From a bacterium (GTDB lineage Bacteria; Zhuqueibacterota; Zhuqueibacteria; Oceanimicrobiales; Oceanimicrobiaceae), in contig JBHIAC010000025.1 in NCBI GenBank assembly GCA_046758365.1, positions 1 to 29,747 on the forward strand: a DNA stretch of 29,747 nucleotides. Direction: 5' to 3'. The notes below the pieces were generated by a model. The model searched no databases. It was not told the DNA's origin and was given only the letters and a program-made list of their open reading frames with translations. Positions 18,222-27,603 of this stretch are shown piece after piece. The stretch's first letter is position 1; every line of letters starts with the position of its first letter. The translations under genes were made by a program, and so were the position numbers.

Positions 18222-20207
18222 CTATTTTTTTCTATTTTTATCCAGCTCTGAACGAACAGCGGAAGCTAATGCGTTCAGCGTGACCGGTTTGGAAACAAAC
18301 GTTCCGGCACCCAGTCGTAGCGCTTCTTGTACTCGCTGGGACATGGCATAACCGGAAAAAATAATAGCCTTCTGTTCTGGTTGAAATTCCAAAATTCGCC
18401 GCAATGTTTCAGCGCCATCAATGCCATTCATCACCATATCTAACAGCAATAAATCTTGAGGATGCTTCTTCACATAATTAACCGCTTGCTCTCCGCTTGA
18501 CACCGTGTTAACTTCATACCCCATACGTTCAAGGATTTGGCTGGCCACTCTTCTCTGGACTGGATCATCATCAACAACCAATATCCTTTCGTTACCACCT
18601 TTAGATTTTTCAAAAAATTCTGGTATTTCGCTTTCCACTCCTCTGCTTACGGGGAAATAGAGCGAGAACGTGGTACCTTGACCTAAAGTACTCTCTACGG
18701 TTATATAGCCATTGATGTCTTCCATGATACCATGGACAACACTCAAACCGAGTCCAGAACCTCTCATACGGTCCATTTTTTTAGTGGTGAAAAATGGATC
18801 AAATATTTTGTCCAGAATTTCAGGGGCAATTCCAGTTCCGGTATCGGAAATGTTGAGCTTAACGTATTCCCCTCGTTCAATGGTTTGATACCCCCTTAGA
18901 GGCTTATCCAAATACACATTTTCAGTTTTGAACATTAAATTCCCCATATCTTGCATAGCCTCTTTGGCATTGTTTATCAGATTGGTCAAGGCTCTGGTTA
19001 GTTGAGCGACTCCTCCTTTAATTAAAAGCAGATCTGAGGCAAGTTCCTCACGGAGCACTATTTCATTTGGCAAGTGCTGAGACAAAATCACTTTTTGAAC
19101 CAAATCATTTAAATCTATAAGTTCCATGGTGTAGTGGCCCCTTCTTCCTAAGGCTAAAAGCTGTTGGTTTATTTCAGCGATTTTATTAGCGGCTGATTCC
19201 ATTTCTACCACCAACTCCAAAACAGGATGATTTGATGGCAGGTCTTCACGTATCAAAGTGGGGTAAGCAGTTAAAGGAGCCAAAAGATTGTTCAGATCAT
19301 GAGCAATCTGACTTGCTACCCGTCCCGCAGTTTCTAATCGTTGGGCCCGCGCCAACTCTCTTTGTAAACGTTTATTTTCAGTAATGTCGCGACACACCAC
19401 TCGAATGGCCTTAAGTTCTCCCTCTTCTGATTTCAATAGTGAAAATTCATTGCTTACCCAAAGAGCATCTCCATTTTTATGGATAAAACGAACTTCAATG
19501 TTTTTTGGGGGCGTTCCGCTTTTGTGAATATTGGTTATTACGGCCTCGACTTTTGCAATATCCTCTGGATGCTTAAAATCGGTAATGGGCTTTCCAATGA
19601 TTTCCTTAACCTGATACCCTAATTTATTAAGACCTCTCTGGTTAAAATCCAAAACAGTGCCTTGAGGGTCTAAAATGATGTAGATGTCTGGAGCATTATC
19701 GAAGAGATCCCGAAAGCGTTCTTCACTATTCCGCAGTGCTTCCTCCACACGCTTTTGCTCGGTGATGTCTCTTATTGCTATTACACTGGCTATACGTCCT
19801 TTATAAGCAATGGCTTTGCCGCAAATTTCAATTGGAAAAATCGCGCCGTCTATTTTAATCCCTACCCCTTCATAAGGTTTTTCATATCCTGAAAGAATAT
19901 TTTTTAATACAATTTCACGACCTTCTGGCGGTATAAATTCCGTTACGTTTTTTCCAATAACTTCAGAAAGTTCATGTCCAAACAGCTTAGCATAGGTAAG
20001 GTTGGCATCTATTATTTTACCCTTTTCATGAACAGCAATTCCTTCGAAAGCGGCTTCAGAAAATCTTTGAAACCTTACCTCGTTTTCCCGCAAAGTAACC
20101 TCATTAGGTTTGGTCCTTTTATTTACTTCTATGAGCTCAGCTACCTTCTTGCGTAATATTTTCAAATCATTTATGAGTTGTTCTTTGGTTTTGTCTTGAT
20201 CTTTCAT
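18222..20207 (-). CDS. Cytoplasmic hybrid sensor kinase PAS-PAS-HisKA-HATPase-REC
   Basis: Two PAS domains ending RDITE; AHDLNNLL H-box; NLINNA, DTGTGI, IFDPFFTTK, GSGLGL; receiver ILVVDDD..LLLDMVM..SGY..KP. Confidence 0.95.
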   Translation of the reverse strand: MKDQDKTKEQLINDLKILRKKVAELIEVNKRTKPNEVTLRENEVRFQRFSEAAFEGIAVHEKGKIIDANLTYAKLFGHELSEVIGKNVTEFIPPEGREIVLKNILSGYEKPYEGVGIKIDGAIFPIEICGKAIAYKGRIASVIAIRDITEQKRVEEALRNSEERFRDLFDNAPDIYIILDPQGTVLDFNQRGLNKLGYQVKEIIGKPITDFKHPEDIAKVEAVITNIHKSGTPPKNIEVRFIHKNGDALWVSNEFSLLKSEEGELKAIRVVCRDITENKRLQRELARAQRLETAGRVASQIAHDLNNLLAPLTAYPTLIREDLPSNHPVLELVVEMESAANKIAEINQQLLALGRRGHYTMELIDLNDLVQKVILSQHLPNEIVLREELASDLLLIKGGVAQLTRALTNLINNAKEAMQDMGNLMFKTENVYLDKPLRGYQTIERGEYVKLNISDTGTGIAPEILDKIFDPFFTTKKMDRMRGSGLGLSVVHGIMEDINGYITVESTLGQGTTFSLYFPVSRGVESEIPEFFEKSKGGNERILVVDDDPVQRRVASQILERMGYEVNTVSSGEQAVNYVKKHPQDLLLLDMVMNGIDGAETLRRILEFQPEQKAIIFSGYAMSQRVQEALRLGAGTFVSKPVTLNALASAVRSELDKNRKK

Positions 20208-20359
20208 TTTGCCTTTTTAAAATAGAAAACAATTTCATCCAATAAGTAATATCATGCCTTTATCCGAATCGAGCAACTATTTATGAGTAAACGACAGAAA
20301 CTCCCAACTTTCTGGAATAGCTTTCCATACCCATGAGGCATACAATAGGAAATCAGCAA

Positions 20360-21142
20360 TCAGATATTTGAACCAATGACGCCTTCCAGAGGACTTGAAG
20401 CCGTGGCATAAAGTTTCTTTTCAATGCGTCCGGCTTCAAAGGCCAGACGACCAGCTTCAACCGCTTTCCGCATGGCCTTGGCCATTTTAATAGGGTCTTT
20501 GGCGCCAGCAATACCTGTGTTCATTAGCACTCCATCGCATCCTAATTCCATGGCAATGGCGGCATCCGAGGCGGTACCTACACCTGCATCAACAATCACT
20601 GGAATATTAATTTGCTCCAAAATTATCTTGATGTTGTACGGATTGCGAATTCCTAATCCTGAACCTATAGGGGCACCCAGTGGCATCACGGCCGCACATC
20701 CAATCTCCTCTAATTTTTTACAAACAATTACATCATCATTGGTGTAAGGTAGAACCGTGAAGCCTTGTTTTACTAATTCCTTGGCCGCTTCAAGTAAAGC
20801 TTCGTTATCTGGAAATAGGGTTGTCTCATCGCCAATGACCTCTAATTTCACCATATCCATACCCAAAGCTTCGCGAGCTAATTCACAAGTCAAAATGGCC
20901 TCTTTGGCAGAGTAACATCCTGCGGTATTCGGCAAGAGATCATATTTATTTCTATCGATGTAGTCCAGTAAGGACTCACCAGAAGTGTCGCCTAAATTAA
21001 TTCTTCGAATGGCTACGGTGACTAATTGTGTTCCGCTGACTTCAAGAGCTTTTGCCATGCTTTGAAAATCAGGGTATTTCCCGGTGCCTAAAATCAAACG
21101 AGAACTGTATTTTTGGCCACCTAAAGTTAAACCTTCTGACAT
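20360..21142 (-). CDS. thiG: Thiazole synthase
   Basis: [49 protein letters not shown]. Confidence 0.97.
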   Translation of the reverse strand: MSEGLTLGGQKYSSRLILGTGKYPDFQSMAKALEVSGTQLVTVAIRRINLGDTSGESLLDYIDRNKYDLLPNTAGCYSAKEAILTCELAREALGMDMVKLEVIGDETTLFPDNEALLEAAKELVKQGFTVLPYTNDDVIVCKKLEEIGCAAVMPLGAPIGSGLGIRNPYNIKIILEQINIPVIVDAGVGTASDAAIAMELGCDGVLMNTGIAGAKDPIKMAKAMRKAVEAGRLAFEAGRIEKKLYATASSPLEGVIGSNI

Positions 21143-21220
21143 GGTTTTTACCTCATTGGCTATGTTTCATAAAAGATTTTTTGTAGATTTTTGTAGAGAA
21201 ACGCATCAAAAATAATTTAA

Positions 21221-21424
21221 TTATCCCCCGGCCACTGCATGAATGATTTCCAGCCTATCTCCATTTTTTATATTAAGTTCGGAAAAATGGCTTTTTGAAA
21301 CTACGGTATCATTAAGTGCAACAGCAATACCTTGAGTCTGTTGGACATTCAACTCTTTTAGAACTTCTTCAATGGTCAAACTTTTATCAAAGCGATATTG
21401 TTTCCCGTTTATATTTACAACCAT
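21221..21424 (-). CDS. thiS: Sulfur carrier protein ThiS
   Basis: 67 aa, IAVALN..VV, GDRLEII.AVAGG with C-terminal GG; directly upstream of thiG. Confidence 0.95.
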   Translation of the reverse strand: MVVNINGKQYRFDKSLTIEEVLKELNVQQTQGIAVALNDTVVSKSHFSELNIKNGDRLEIIHAVAGG

Positions 21425-21611
21425 ATTAACGAACTCTTTATTTAATATTATTTCTTTGCATCATGCATTTGAGTATGAGCTGGAAGCTTCGGACTGTTAT
21501 TTTTGAAAAATTCGTTTTAATAAATATAGCCGTATTAGCTTGGGTAGATTGCAGGTTACTATAAATTCTGTAATTTATTTCGCTGTACATTTCTTGTTTA
21601 TATTCATAAAT

Positions 21612-21638
21612 AAAAAACCGCTTTGGGAAAAAGCGGCC
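21612..21638 (-). terminator. Intrinsic terminator (riboswitch expression platform)
   Basis: Minus strand ggCCGCTTT-ttccc-AAAGCGG-TTTTTT between the aptamer and thiS. Confidence 0.8.
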
Positions 21639-21672
21639 TAATATATTAAATATTACATATTAGATATAGAGA

Positions 21673-21762
21673 CCGTTTCCCTTCGCAGGTTTGAACCAGA
21701 TCAGGTTCAAAGGTGTAATCTCAGCCCCAGGTTTAATTATATAAACGGGACACCCCTAACGG
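21673..21762 (-). ncRNA. TPP (THI-box) riboswitch
   Basis: Minus strand CCGTT-AGGGGTG...GGCTGAGA..ACACCTTTGAACCTGATC...GCGAAGGGA-AACGG; P1 CCGTT/AACGG; upstream of thiS. Confidence 0.93.
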
Positions 21763-21895
21763 TAATATAATATAAAAACAATTTTCACTCATTGCAAGTT
21801 TTAATTCAGTTTTTTAAAATTCCTTGTGTAAAATAAAAAAATGTTTTATATTTATTCAAAATTCAAGCTACATACCATATTATTCGGAGAGTAAA

Positions 21896-22103
21896 ATGCA
21901 AAAAACTCATCATATCCGATCCGAGAGTGATGATGGGTAAACCGGTTATTGCTGGTACGCGAGTTACTGTTGAGCTTATTTTGGAAAAGCTTGCTACTGG
22001 TGATACTATTGATCAGATACTCGAAGCTCATCCTCGTCTGAACAGCGAGGGGATTCAAGCAGCCCTCGAGTTTGCGGCTAACGCCTTGATGGCTGATGTG
22101 TAA
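21896..22103 (+). pseudogene. DUF433 (antitoxin-like) gene, frameshifted
   Basis: GGAG RBS, ATG 21896, A6 run at 21900-21905 shifts the frame; downstream frame KLIISDPRVMMGKPVIAGTRVTVELILEKLATGDTIDQILEAHPRL..EGIQAALEFAA; no PIN/DUF5615 partner seen. Confidence 0.8.
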
Positions 22104-22331
22104 ATTGCTTTTATGCATGTAGGTTTTTATTGTTGGCGGGCAAAGAGTCAATATCGTAAATTTGCAAATAACCTCATTTGAAATTACTTAACCTGAATTA
22201 TTCCTAAATTCTACCACAAAGATCACTAAGAATATTGAACTTATGTCACAAAGAATTTGAAAACTCAGTTTTTAAACCTCAATTTCTGCCTGTCTTTGTT
22301 ATCCAAATTCTCATCGCTTCAGGTGATTTAA

Positions 22332-23684
22332 ATGCTCTATGAAACTCAATGTAAAGAAATAATTGAAAAAGTTGTCCATTTCAGCAAAGCGAATGAGACT
22401 GAATGTTTGATTCAAAGTAGTCAAAATGCTCTTACACGATTTGCCAACAATATCATTCACCAAAATGTTTCGGAGACCGAGAACGTGATGTCTATTCGCG
22501 TGGTGGTGGACAACAAAATGGGGCGTTTTACCACGAACCGCTTAGATGATGAATCGTTAAAAAATGCCGTGGATAATGCATTGAATATTGCCTACCTCAT
22601 GCAGCCTGAAATAGATCTTTTACCCATGTTAAATCCCCAATCTTACCAAAAAATAAGTCACCATTTTATTGAAACTGCCAACTGCGACGCATTGACTCGG
22701 GCCAAGAGTGTAAAATCCATGATAAATGAGGTAAAACAAAATAATCTTTCTGCAGCAGGAATTTTTGAAACCGGAGAAAGTACTTTAGCTCTTGGTAATT
22801 CAGAGGGACATTTTTGTTACTATACAGGAACGGACGCTTCAATTAGCATCACAGCAACTGGAGAAGACAGTTCTGGCTACATATTTAAAACAACTCCTAA
22901 GCTTAGCGAACTTGACCCTCTTAAAGCAGTTCAATATGTCCTGCGAAATACGATAAAAAGCGTCAATCCAATAGAAATACAACCAGGCGAATATACAGTA
23001 ATTTTGGAACCACAGGCTGTGGCCAATTTAATCCCGTTTCTATTATTTGATTACGTTACAGGAGTCAGCAGTTTCAGTGGATTAGGGGTAGAAGAAAAAA
23101 GAAGTTTTTTAACAGGCAAAATAGGGACCAAGATTTTTGGCGATAATATTACTATGGTTGACGATGTATTTCATCCCCTGCAAAAAGGTGCAGCCTTTGA
23201 TTATGAAGGGGTCCCTAAAAAGCGAGTTGTTTTAATTGAAAATGGGGTTGCTAAAAATTTAGTATATGACCGCGCTGTGGCCAAACGACACGGTAAAGAA
23301 CCCACTGGACATGGTTTACCGCTTCCCAATACCCATGGTTCCTTTCCTTCTAATATAGTGATGGAAGGAGGGTCCAGCACGCTTAGAGGCATGATTCAAT
23401 CCACAAAAAAGGGAATTCTGATTACCAGATTTTGGTACATCCGATTGGTAGATTCTCAGAGAATCGTCCTCACAGGGACTACAAGGGATGGAACATTTCT
23501 CATCGAAAATGGAGAAATCACACACGGGGTTAAGAATTTAAGATTTAACCAGTGCCTCATCGAAATGCTAAACAACGTAGTAGAGATGACATCCCCAGAG
23601 CGTGCCAGCGATGATGAATCTGAAACGGTTTATGTGGTACCAGCCATGAAAGTAGAAGGGTTTAGGTTTACCAGTGCGACCTAG
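22332..23684 (+). CDS. TldD/PmbA family protein (PmbA/TldE-like, no HExxH)
   Basis: LTRFANN.IHQN, GNSEG, PGEYTVILEP.AV, FDYEGVP...LIENGV, TGHG, TGTTRDG.FLIENGEI. Confidence 0.9.
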   Translation: MLYETQCKEIIEKVVHFSKANETECLIQSSQNALTRFANNIIHQNVSETENVMSIRVVVDNKMGRFTTNRLDDESLKNAVDNALNIAYLMQPEIDLLPMLNPQSYQKISHHFIETANCDALTRAKSVKSMINEVKQNNLSAAGIFETGESTLALGNSEGHFCYYTGTDASISITATGEDSSGYIFKTTPKLSELDPLKAVQYVLRNTIKSVNPIEIQPGEYTVILEPQAVANLIPFLLFDYVTGVSSFSGLGVEEKRSFLTGKIGTKIFGDNITMVDDVFHPLQKGAAFDYEGVPKKRVVLIENGVAKNLVYDRAVAKRHGKEPTGHGLPLPNTHGSFPSNIVMEGGSSTLRGMIQSTKKGILITRFWYIRLVDSQRIVLTGTTRDGTFLIENGEITHGVKNLRFNQCLIEMLNNVVEMTSPERASDDESETVYVVPAMKVEGFRFTSAT

Positions 23685-23717
23685 TTTTAGTGTTAATTAA
23701 TTGTCTGAGGTGAAGAT

Positions 23718-24135
23718 ATGAAATTAAGTGAAAATAATCTCCATGTTTTAATTGAAAAGGAAGAAGATCTTTATTCAGCAATTTGCTTAGAGTTAGATGT
23801 GCCTAGAGACGTGGACGGAAGGTATATTTTTAGAAAAAATTCGATCAAAAAAACAATAACTTAGATGTTGTTAATTCTGCAAATTTGGGGTTTTCGTCCA
23901 TGTCTCTAGCCAGGGTAAGACGATTACGGAAGCTAAAAAAAATATTAGAGAAGCAATAGAACTTTATTTAGAAGATGTACCGGAAGCAGGAGATGAAAAA
24001 GATTTTATTCCTCGCCCTGCTCCTGTTGAAGAGTGGTTAAAATATTTTGAAGTTGAGGCTGATAATCTTAAAAATAAATTGCGGAAATCAGCCAAAGGAG
24101 ATTTAATCTTACATGAAGCAGTCTATGCATCATAG
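23718..24135 (+). pseudogene. hicB: HicB-family antitoxin interrupted by a MITE
   Basis: MKLSENNLHVLIEKEEDLYSAICLELDVP|SQGKTITEAKKNIREAIELYLED...; removing 23807-23909 restores a 104-aa ORF. Confidence 0.88.
23807..23905. mobile_element. 99-bp MITE with terminal inverted repeats and CTAG flanks
   Basis: CTAG (23803-23806) AGACGTGGACGGAA ... TTTCGTCCATGTCT CTAG (23906-23909); 14-bp IR with 2 mismatches; no ORF. Confidence 0.88.
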
Positions 24136-24325
24136 ACTACTTGTCTTAACCTCAAAAGATGTTGAAAAAATACTCCGACAAAATGGATTCGAGCTCACCA
24201 GAACAAAAGGTAGTCATCAACAATTTGTTGGATATTACTTTAATAAAAACAAAGCAATGGGTTTACTGCAAACTATTTCACAGTTGGCCAAAAATAATAA
24301 ATTTCACTTGACTTTTCCAAAGTAA
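24125..24325 (+). pseudogene. hicA: HicA-family mRNase toxin, C-terminus degenerate
   Basis: LTSKDVEKILRQNGFELTRTKGSHQQF (GSH catalytic motif); overlaps the hicB stop; the expected VTVP..GTL..IL segment is not recognisable. Confidence 0.7.
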
Positions 24326-24336
24326 TTTAGTAAACT
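24308..24336 (+). promoter_or_regulatory. sigma70-type promoter
   Basis: TTGACT (24308-24313) - 17 bp - TAAACT (24331-24336). Confidence 0.4.
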
Positions 24337-24505
24337 GCCGGTTGTAAAATGGCTTTGAAACCAGCTTTCTGATTATCTCCTAGCGCAGCGTAGCCGAAAT
24401 TCAATTAACGCAATAGCCAGGAATTTCAACTAAAGCCAACGGATAGAAAAGCTAAAAAAAATATCTGTTGGGTTTATTAATCCGTTGGAAGCATATTTTG
24501 GTAGT

Positions 24506-24529
24506 AATTTTTTTGCACAAAAAACAAAG
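24506..24529 (+). repeat. 24-bp exact repeat, copy 2 (copy 1 at 5615-5638)
   Basis: AATTTTTTTGCACAAAAAACAAAG. Confidence 0.7.
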
Positions 24530-24617
24530 ATTTGTGTGATAATACTATAGTGCTTCTAGGTGCTTACTCTGGCTACTTCTTGTTTATTGAAGTATTTAAA
24601 TCCAGCTTACTTACGGA

Positions 24618-24735
24618 GGATACAATATTACTAGCCTTTTTTCTGGACTGAGGATTGGAGAATTAGTGATGGCCCCCCATAGCTGCGCAAGATATCCTTG
24701 CCAACTTCTTCAGTGACATAGCTATCTTTGTTAGA
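24618..24735 (+). pseudogene. Relic of an MscS-family mechanosensitive channel (TM3 region)
   Basis: GYNITSLFSGLRIGELVMA, frameshift in a C6 run, then IAAQDILANFFSDIAIFV; resembles G.nitsllaglGigGla.alAaQd.laNff.gi.i. Confidence 0.65.
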
Positions 24736-24745
24736 TTGATGAGAA

Positions 24746-25978
24746 ATGAGTGAACAATTACAAGACGTCTTACAGCCCAAACGACTCCCTGTCGTTATGA
24801 TTATAGATGACGAGCAGATGGTGACCAAAACTCTGTCCGCATATCTTCAATTGGAAACGAATTATCGCATCTTAAGCTTTCAATCTCCTCTTGAGGCTTT
24901 GAAAGTCTTAAAACAGTTGCCAGTAGATCTGGTGATCTCGGACTTTTTGATGCCAGATATGGATGGGTTACAATTTCTTTCGGAAGTCAAAAAAATGTAC
25001 CCGGAGGTCACCCGTATTCTACTTACTGGATATGCTGATAAGGAGAATGCCATCAAAGCCATCAATGAGGTTGGGTTGTTCCAATATCTCGAAAAACCCT
25101 GGGATAACGAACGCCTCAAACTAATCATTCGTAATGGGATTGTAAATAAAAATTTGAAAGAAATTTTAAACGAGAAAATACGAGAGTTAGACCAGGTACT
25201 TTTAGAGAGAGAAACTTTGTCCCATCGAAATGATTTACTTCGAGAAGAACTTGCGCTTGCTCGTCAAGTCCAGGAGAGCATGCTTCCTCAGGATTTACCA
25301 AGAACCAATAGATTTTCGTTTACAGCGAAGTATTTACCTGCGCTAGAAATTGGGGGAGACTTTTATGATGTGCTGCCGCTGGCTAACGATCAATTAGCTG
25401 TTTTAATTGCCGATGTCACCGGGCATGGCATTCAGGCAGCCCTGAGCACCATTCTCTTGAAATCAGCATTCTCGAAGTTTATGAATCAGGAAGCAAGTCC
25501 CGGAGAGATTCTTAAAAGTATGAACTTAATACTCTTCAATGGACTGCCAAAAAACACTTTTGTAGCGGCTATGGTGGTTACCATTGATACGAGAAATGGC
25601 TACTGTCGGATATCCAATGGCGGAATTCCGCACCCCTATCTTTTGCGAAGAAAGAATCGTCTGCTCGAACGTATCACGGCAAATGGTCTCTTGCTTGGTA
25701 TCACAAGTGAAGAAATATACAACCCCTCTGAAGAAATGTCCATTCAATTTGGGAAAGGAGACTGCCTTATCTTGTATACAGATGGCCTCAGTGAGACAGA
25801 AAACGAGAATGAGGAGCAATTCGATTCCGAGAAGCTGAGGCAAACAATATTGGAAAACTGCGAAAAACCCAGCAAGGAGATACTGGATCATCTCACAATT
25901 GCTGTTAAGAAATTTAGCAAACCAGAACACAATTGGGATGACATAACGGTTCTTGGAATTGACACTTGTTCCGAATAG
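24746..25978 (+). CDS. Response regulator receiver plus PP2C/SpoIIE (RsbU-like) phosphatase
   Basis: IIDDE, ISDFLMPDMDG, LLTGY, EKPWD; ELALARQVQESMLP, IGGDFYD, IADVTGHG, LYTDGLSE, DDITVL. Confidence 0.93.
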   Translation: MSEQLQDVLQPKRLPVVMIIDDEQMVTKTLSAYLQLETNYRILSFQSPLEALKVLKQLPVDLVISDFLMPDMDGLQFLSEVKKMYPEVTRILLTGYADKENAIKAINEVGLFQYLEKPWDNERLKLIIRNGIVNKNLKEILNEKIRELDQVLLERETLSHRNDLLREELALARQVQESMLPQDLPRTNRFSFTAKYLPALEIGGDFYDVLPLANDQLAVLIADVTGHGIQAALSTILLKSAFSKFMNQEASPGEILKSMNLILFNGLPKNTFVAAMVVTIDTRNGYCRISNGGIPHPYLLRRKNRLLERITANGLLLGITSEEIYNPSEEMSIQFGKGDCLILYTDGLSETENENEEQFDSEKLRQTILENCEKPSKEILDHLTIAVKKFSKPEHNWDDITVLGIDTCSE

Positions 25979-26228
25979 GAAGCAGACCTATAAACTGGGA
26001 GGAAGTTCGCCTTTCTATTCCCAAAAAGTTCCTGTTCATATAAAGGCATTTCTCTGCTGTGTAAAGTCTTATCGTGGCGATTTCAAATGAAAGCGCTTTT
26101 CACATTGCGATCAATTTTTATTCATATTCATTCTATCTACGGGATCGTGGCAATCTTGGCTTTGCCTGCCTTTTTATATTGAATCTGTAACACGCATTTT
26201 TATCATGGTAAATATTTTTGGAAATAGA

Positions 26229-26260
26229 AACGCCGCCCAGAATTATTTCTGGGCGACGTT
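26229..26260 (-). terminator. Intrinsic terminator hairpin after the minus-strand lipoprotein gene
   Basis: aacgccgcccagaa-ttat-ttctgggcgacgtt, 14-bp stem with one G-U pair on the minus strand, followed by ttctattt. Confidence 0.7.
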
Positions 26261-26302
26261 GAACTAAAAGTAAGAGGGTAAGAGGAGGATATAAGGGTCT
26301 AA

Positions 26303-27346
26303 TTAATTATTTAAGTTTTTACGTACTCGCCAGCGACCATGAAAGAAACCACGCCCATCTCCGGGACGCCCGGTTTTAAAGTGTCCTTTTAAAGTCCCGA
26401 TGATAGTGATAGCACGATTTACCCAGCGACCTCGGAAAATACCCCTATGTTCATCCCGAGTATATTCCCATTCTCCAGCTAAAAGTCCACGGAACTCACC
26501 GTTCATACTAATATACTTGCCAAAGAATACTTTCTCACCTTGTTGATTAATTCCCCAAATTCCACGTAAATGTCCGGCATTGGTTCCTAGACTATTAATC
26601 CAGCGACCTCTAAAAATACCACCGTTTGCTCTAGTTTTAACCCAACGACCTGACAAAAATCCACCTGCAAAGGGAACAATTTCTTTTGAACGACTGATAA
26701 TGGAGACTTCGTTACCCTCGGTGCCAACAGGCTCAACAAGTTCTAGGGAATCAAGTTCACTAAAGGCTAAAACCTTTGAATAACTTCCAGCATTTAGAGT
26801 AAATGTCCCCTCGACATTTTCTTGGGTAGTGTCATTATCAATGATGGCTATGGTTATTCCATCAAAGTGAGGTTTGGTGAAAGAGGTAAAATCAATTTTT
26901 TGTCGAGATTCACGAGGTAAATGGATGAAGTCGTTTCGTTCAAATCGGATAGTTTTTAATAGAACCAGGGTACCTTTGTTAATTTCAGCGGATCCGCTCC
27001 AATCAATTACTTCTGTTGCGGTAGAATCTCCTTCAAGTTGTCCCCAGGTGATTCTTAGAAAGTATGCTTTTACAGTATCAGCATTAAGGGCTTCAATAGT
27101 TTCAGCTTCTACACTAAAAGCATCTGCTACATCAGCGTCTTCAGTAAAATCATCCACCATATTGGGATCGCCAAAACCAATTGCTTCATCGCTAGTATCG
27201 AATCCGCCAAATTCTTTGTCCAAACTTAGCTCTTCCTCGCCTTCTAGCTCTTCATCTGGACTGATCAATTGATTTTTACCACATCCAATTAACAAAAATG
27301 TTGCTAAAAACACTAAAACAAACAGTGAAAACCATGTATTTTTCAT
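26303..27346 (-). CDS. Lipoprotein of unknown function with C-terminal G-x-F-x-G-x-W repeats
   Basis: LLIG-C lipobox, GGAGGT RBS, acidic N-half, about 8 short repeats (GFLSGRW, GIFRGRW, GHLRGIW, GFFHGRW...). Confidence 0.8.
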   Translation of the reverse strand: MKNTWFSLFVLVFLATFLLIGCGKNQLISPDEELEGEEELSLDKEFGGFDTSDEAIGFGDPNMVDDFTEDADVADAFSVEAETIEALNADTVKAYFLRITWGQLEGDSTATEVIDWSGSAEINKGTLVLLKTIRFERNDFIHLPRESRQKIDFTSFTKPHFDGITIAIIDNDTTQENVEGTFTLNAGSYSKVLAFSELDSLELVEPVGTEGNEVSIISRSKEIVPFAGGFLSGRWVKTRANGGIFRGRWINSLGTNAGHLRGIWGINQQGEKVFFGKYISMNGEFRGLLAGEWEYTRDEHRGIFRGRWVNRAITIIGTLKGHFKTGRPGDGRGFFHGRWRVRKNLNN

Positions 27347-27406
27347 TTTGTTACCTCCTATTTTTGATTAATAGTTTGATATTAATTTAGTTGCACTTTT
27401 TCCTTA

Positions 27407-27423
27407 TGCAAGAGACGGGCCAA
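27407..27423 (-). promoter_or_regulatory. sigma54 (-24/-12) promoter
   Basis: Minus strand TTGGCCCGTCTCTTGCA with exact GG-N10-GC spacing, about 60 bp upstream of the lipoprotein ATG. Confidence 0.75.
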
Positions 27424-27520
27424 AAAAATTATAATAATTATAGTAATAAAGAATGTTAATATTTTTATATAGTTAGAAAAAATCGTGTTAGATTAATTAA
27501 ATGTAGTGTTGTGTAATTTG

Positions 27521-27544
27521 GTACATAATTGTACTTATAGGTAC
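27521..27544. promoter_or_regulatory. Phased GTAC-N6-GTAC-N6-GTAC candidate protein-binding site
   Basis: GTAC at 27521, 27531 and 27541 in the divergent intergenic region. Confidence 0.4.
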
Positions 27545-27603
27545 ATTAAAAAGAAGATTTACTTTTCCCTTGACTTTGCTTTTTTAACATTTAAATTATA
27601 GAG

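Noticed and set aside
20246..20260. Possible sigma54 promoter upstream of the hybrid kinase (AAGGCATGATATTAC)
   Set aside because: No GC at the -12 position with GG-N10 spacing
21852..22151. 99-aa minus-strand ORF
   Set aside because: Antisense shadow of the DUF433 pseudogene
24631..24828. 65-aa minus-strand ORF and other short ORFs nested in long genes
   Set aside because: Alternative-frame or antisense shadows with no independent support
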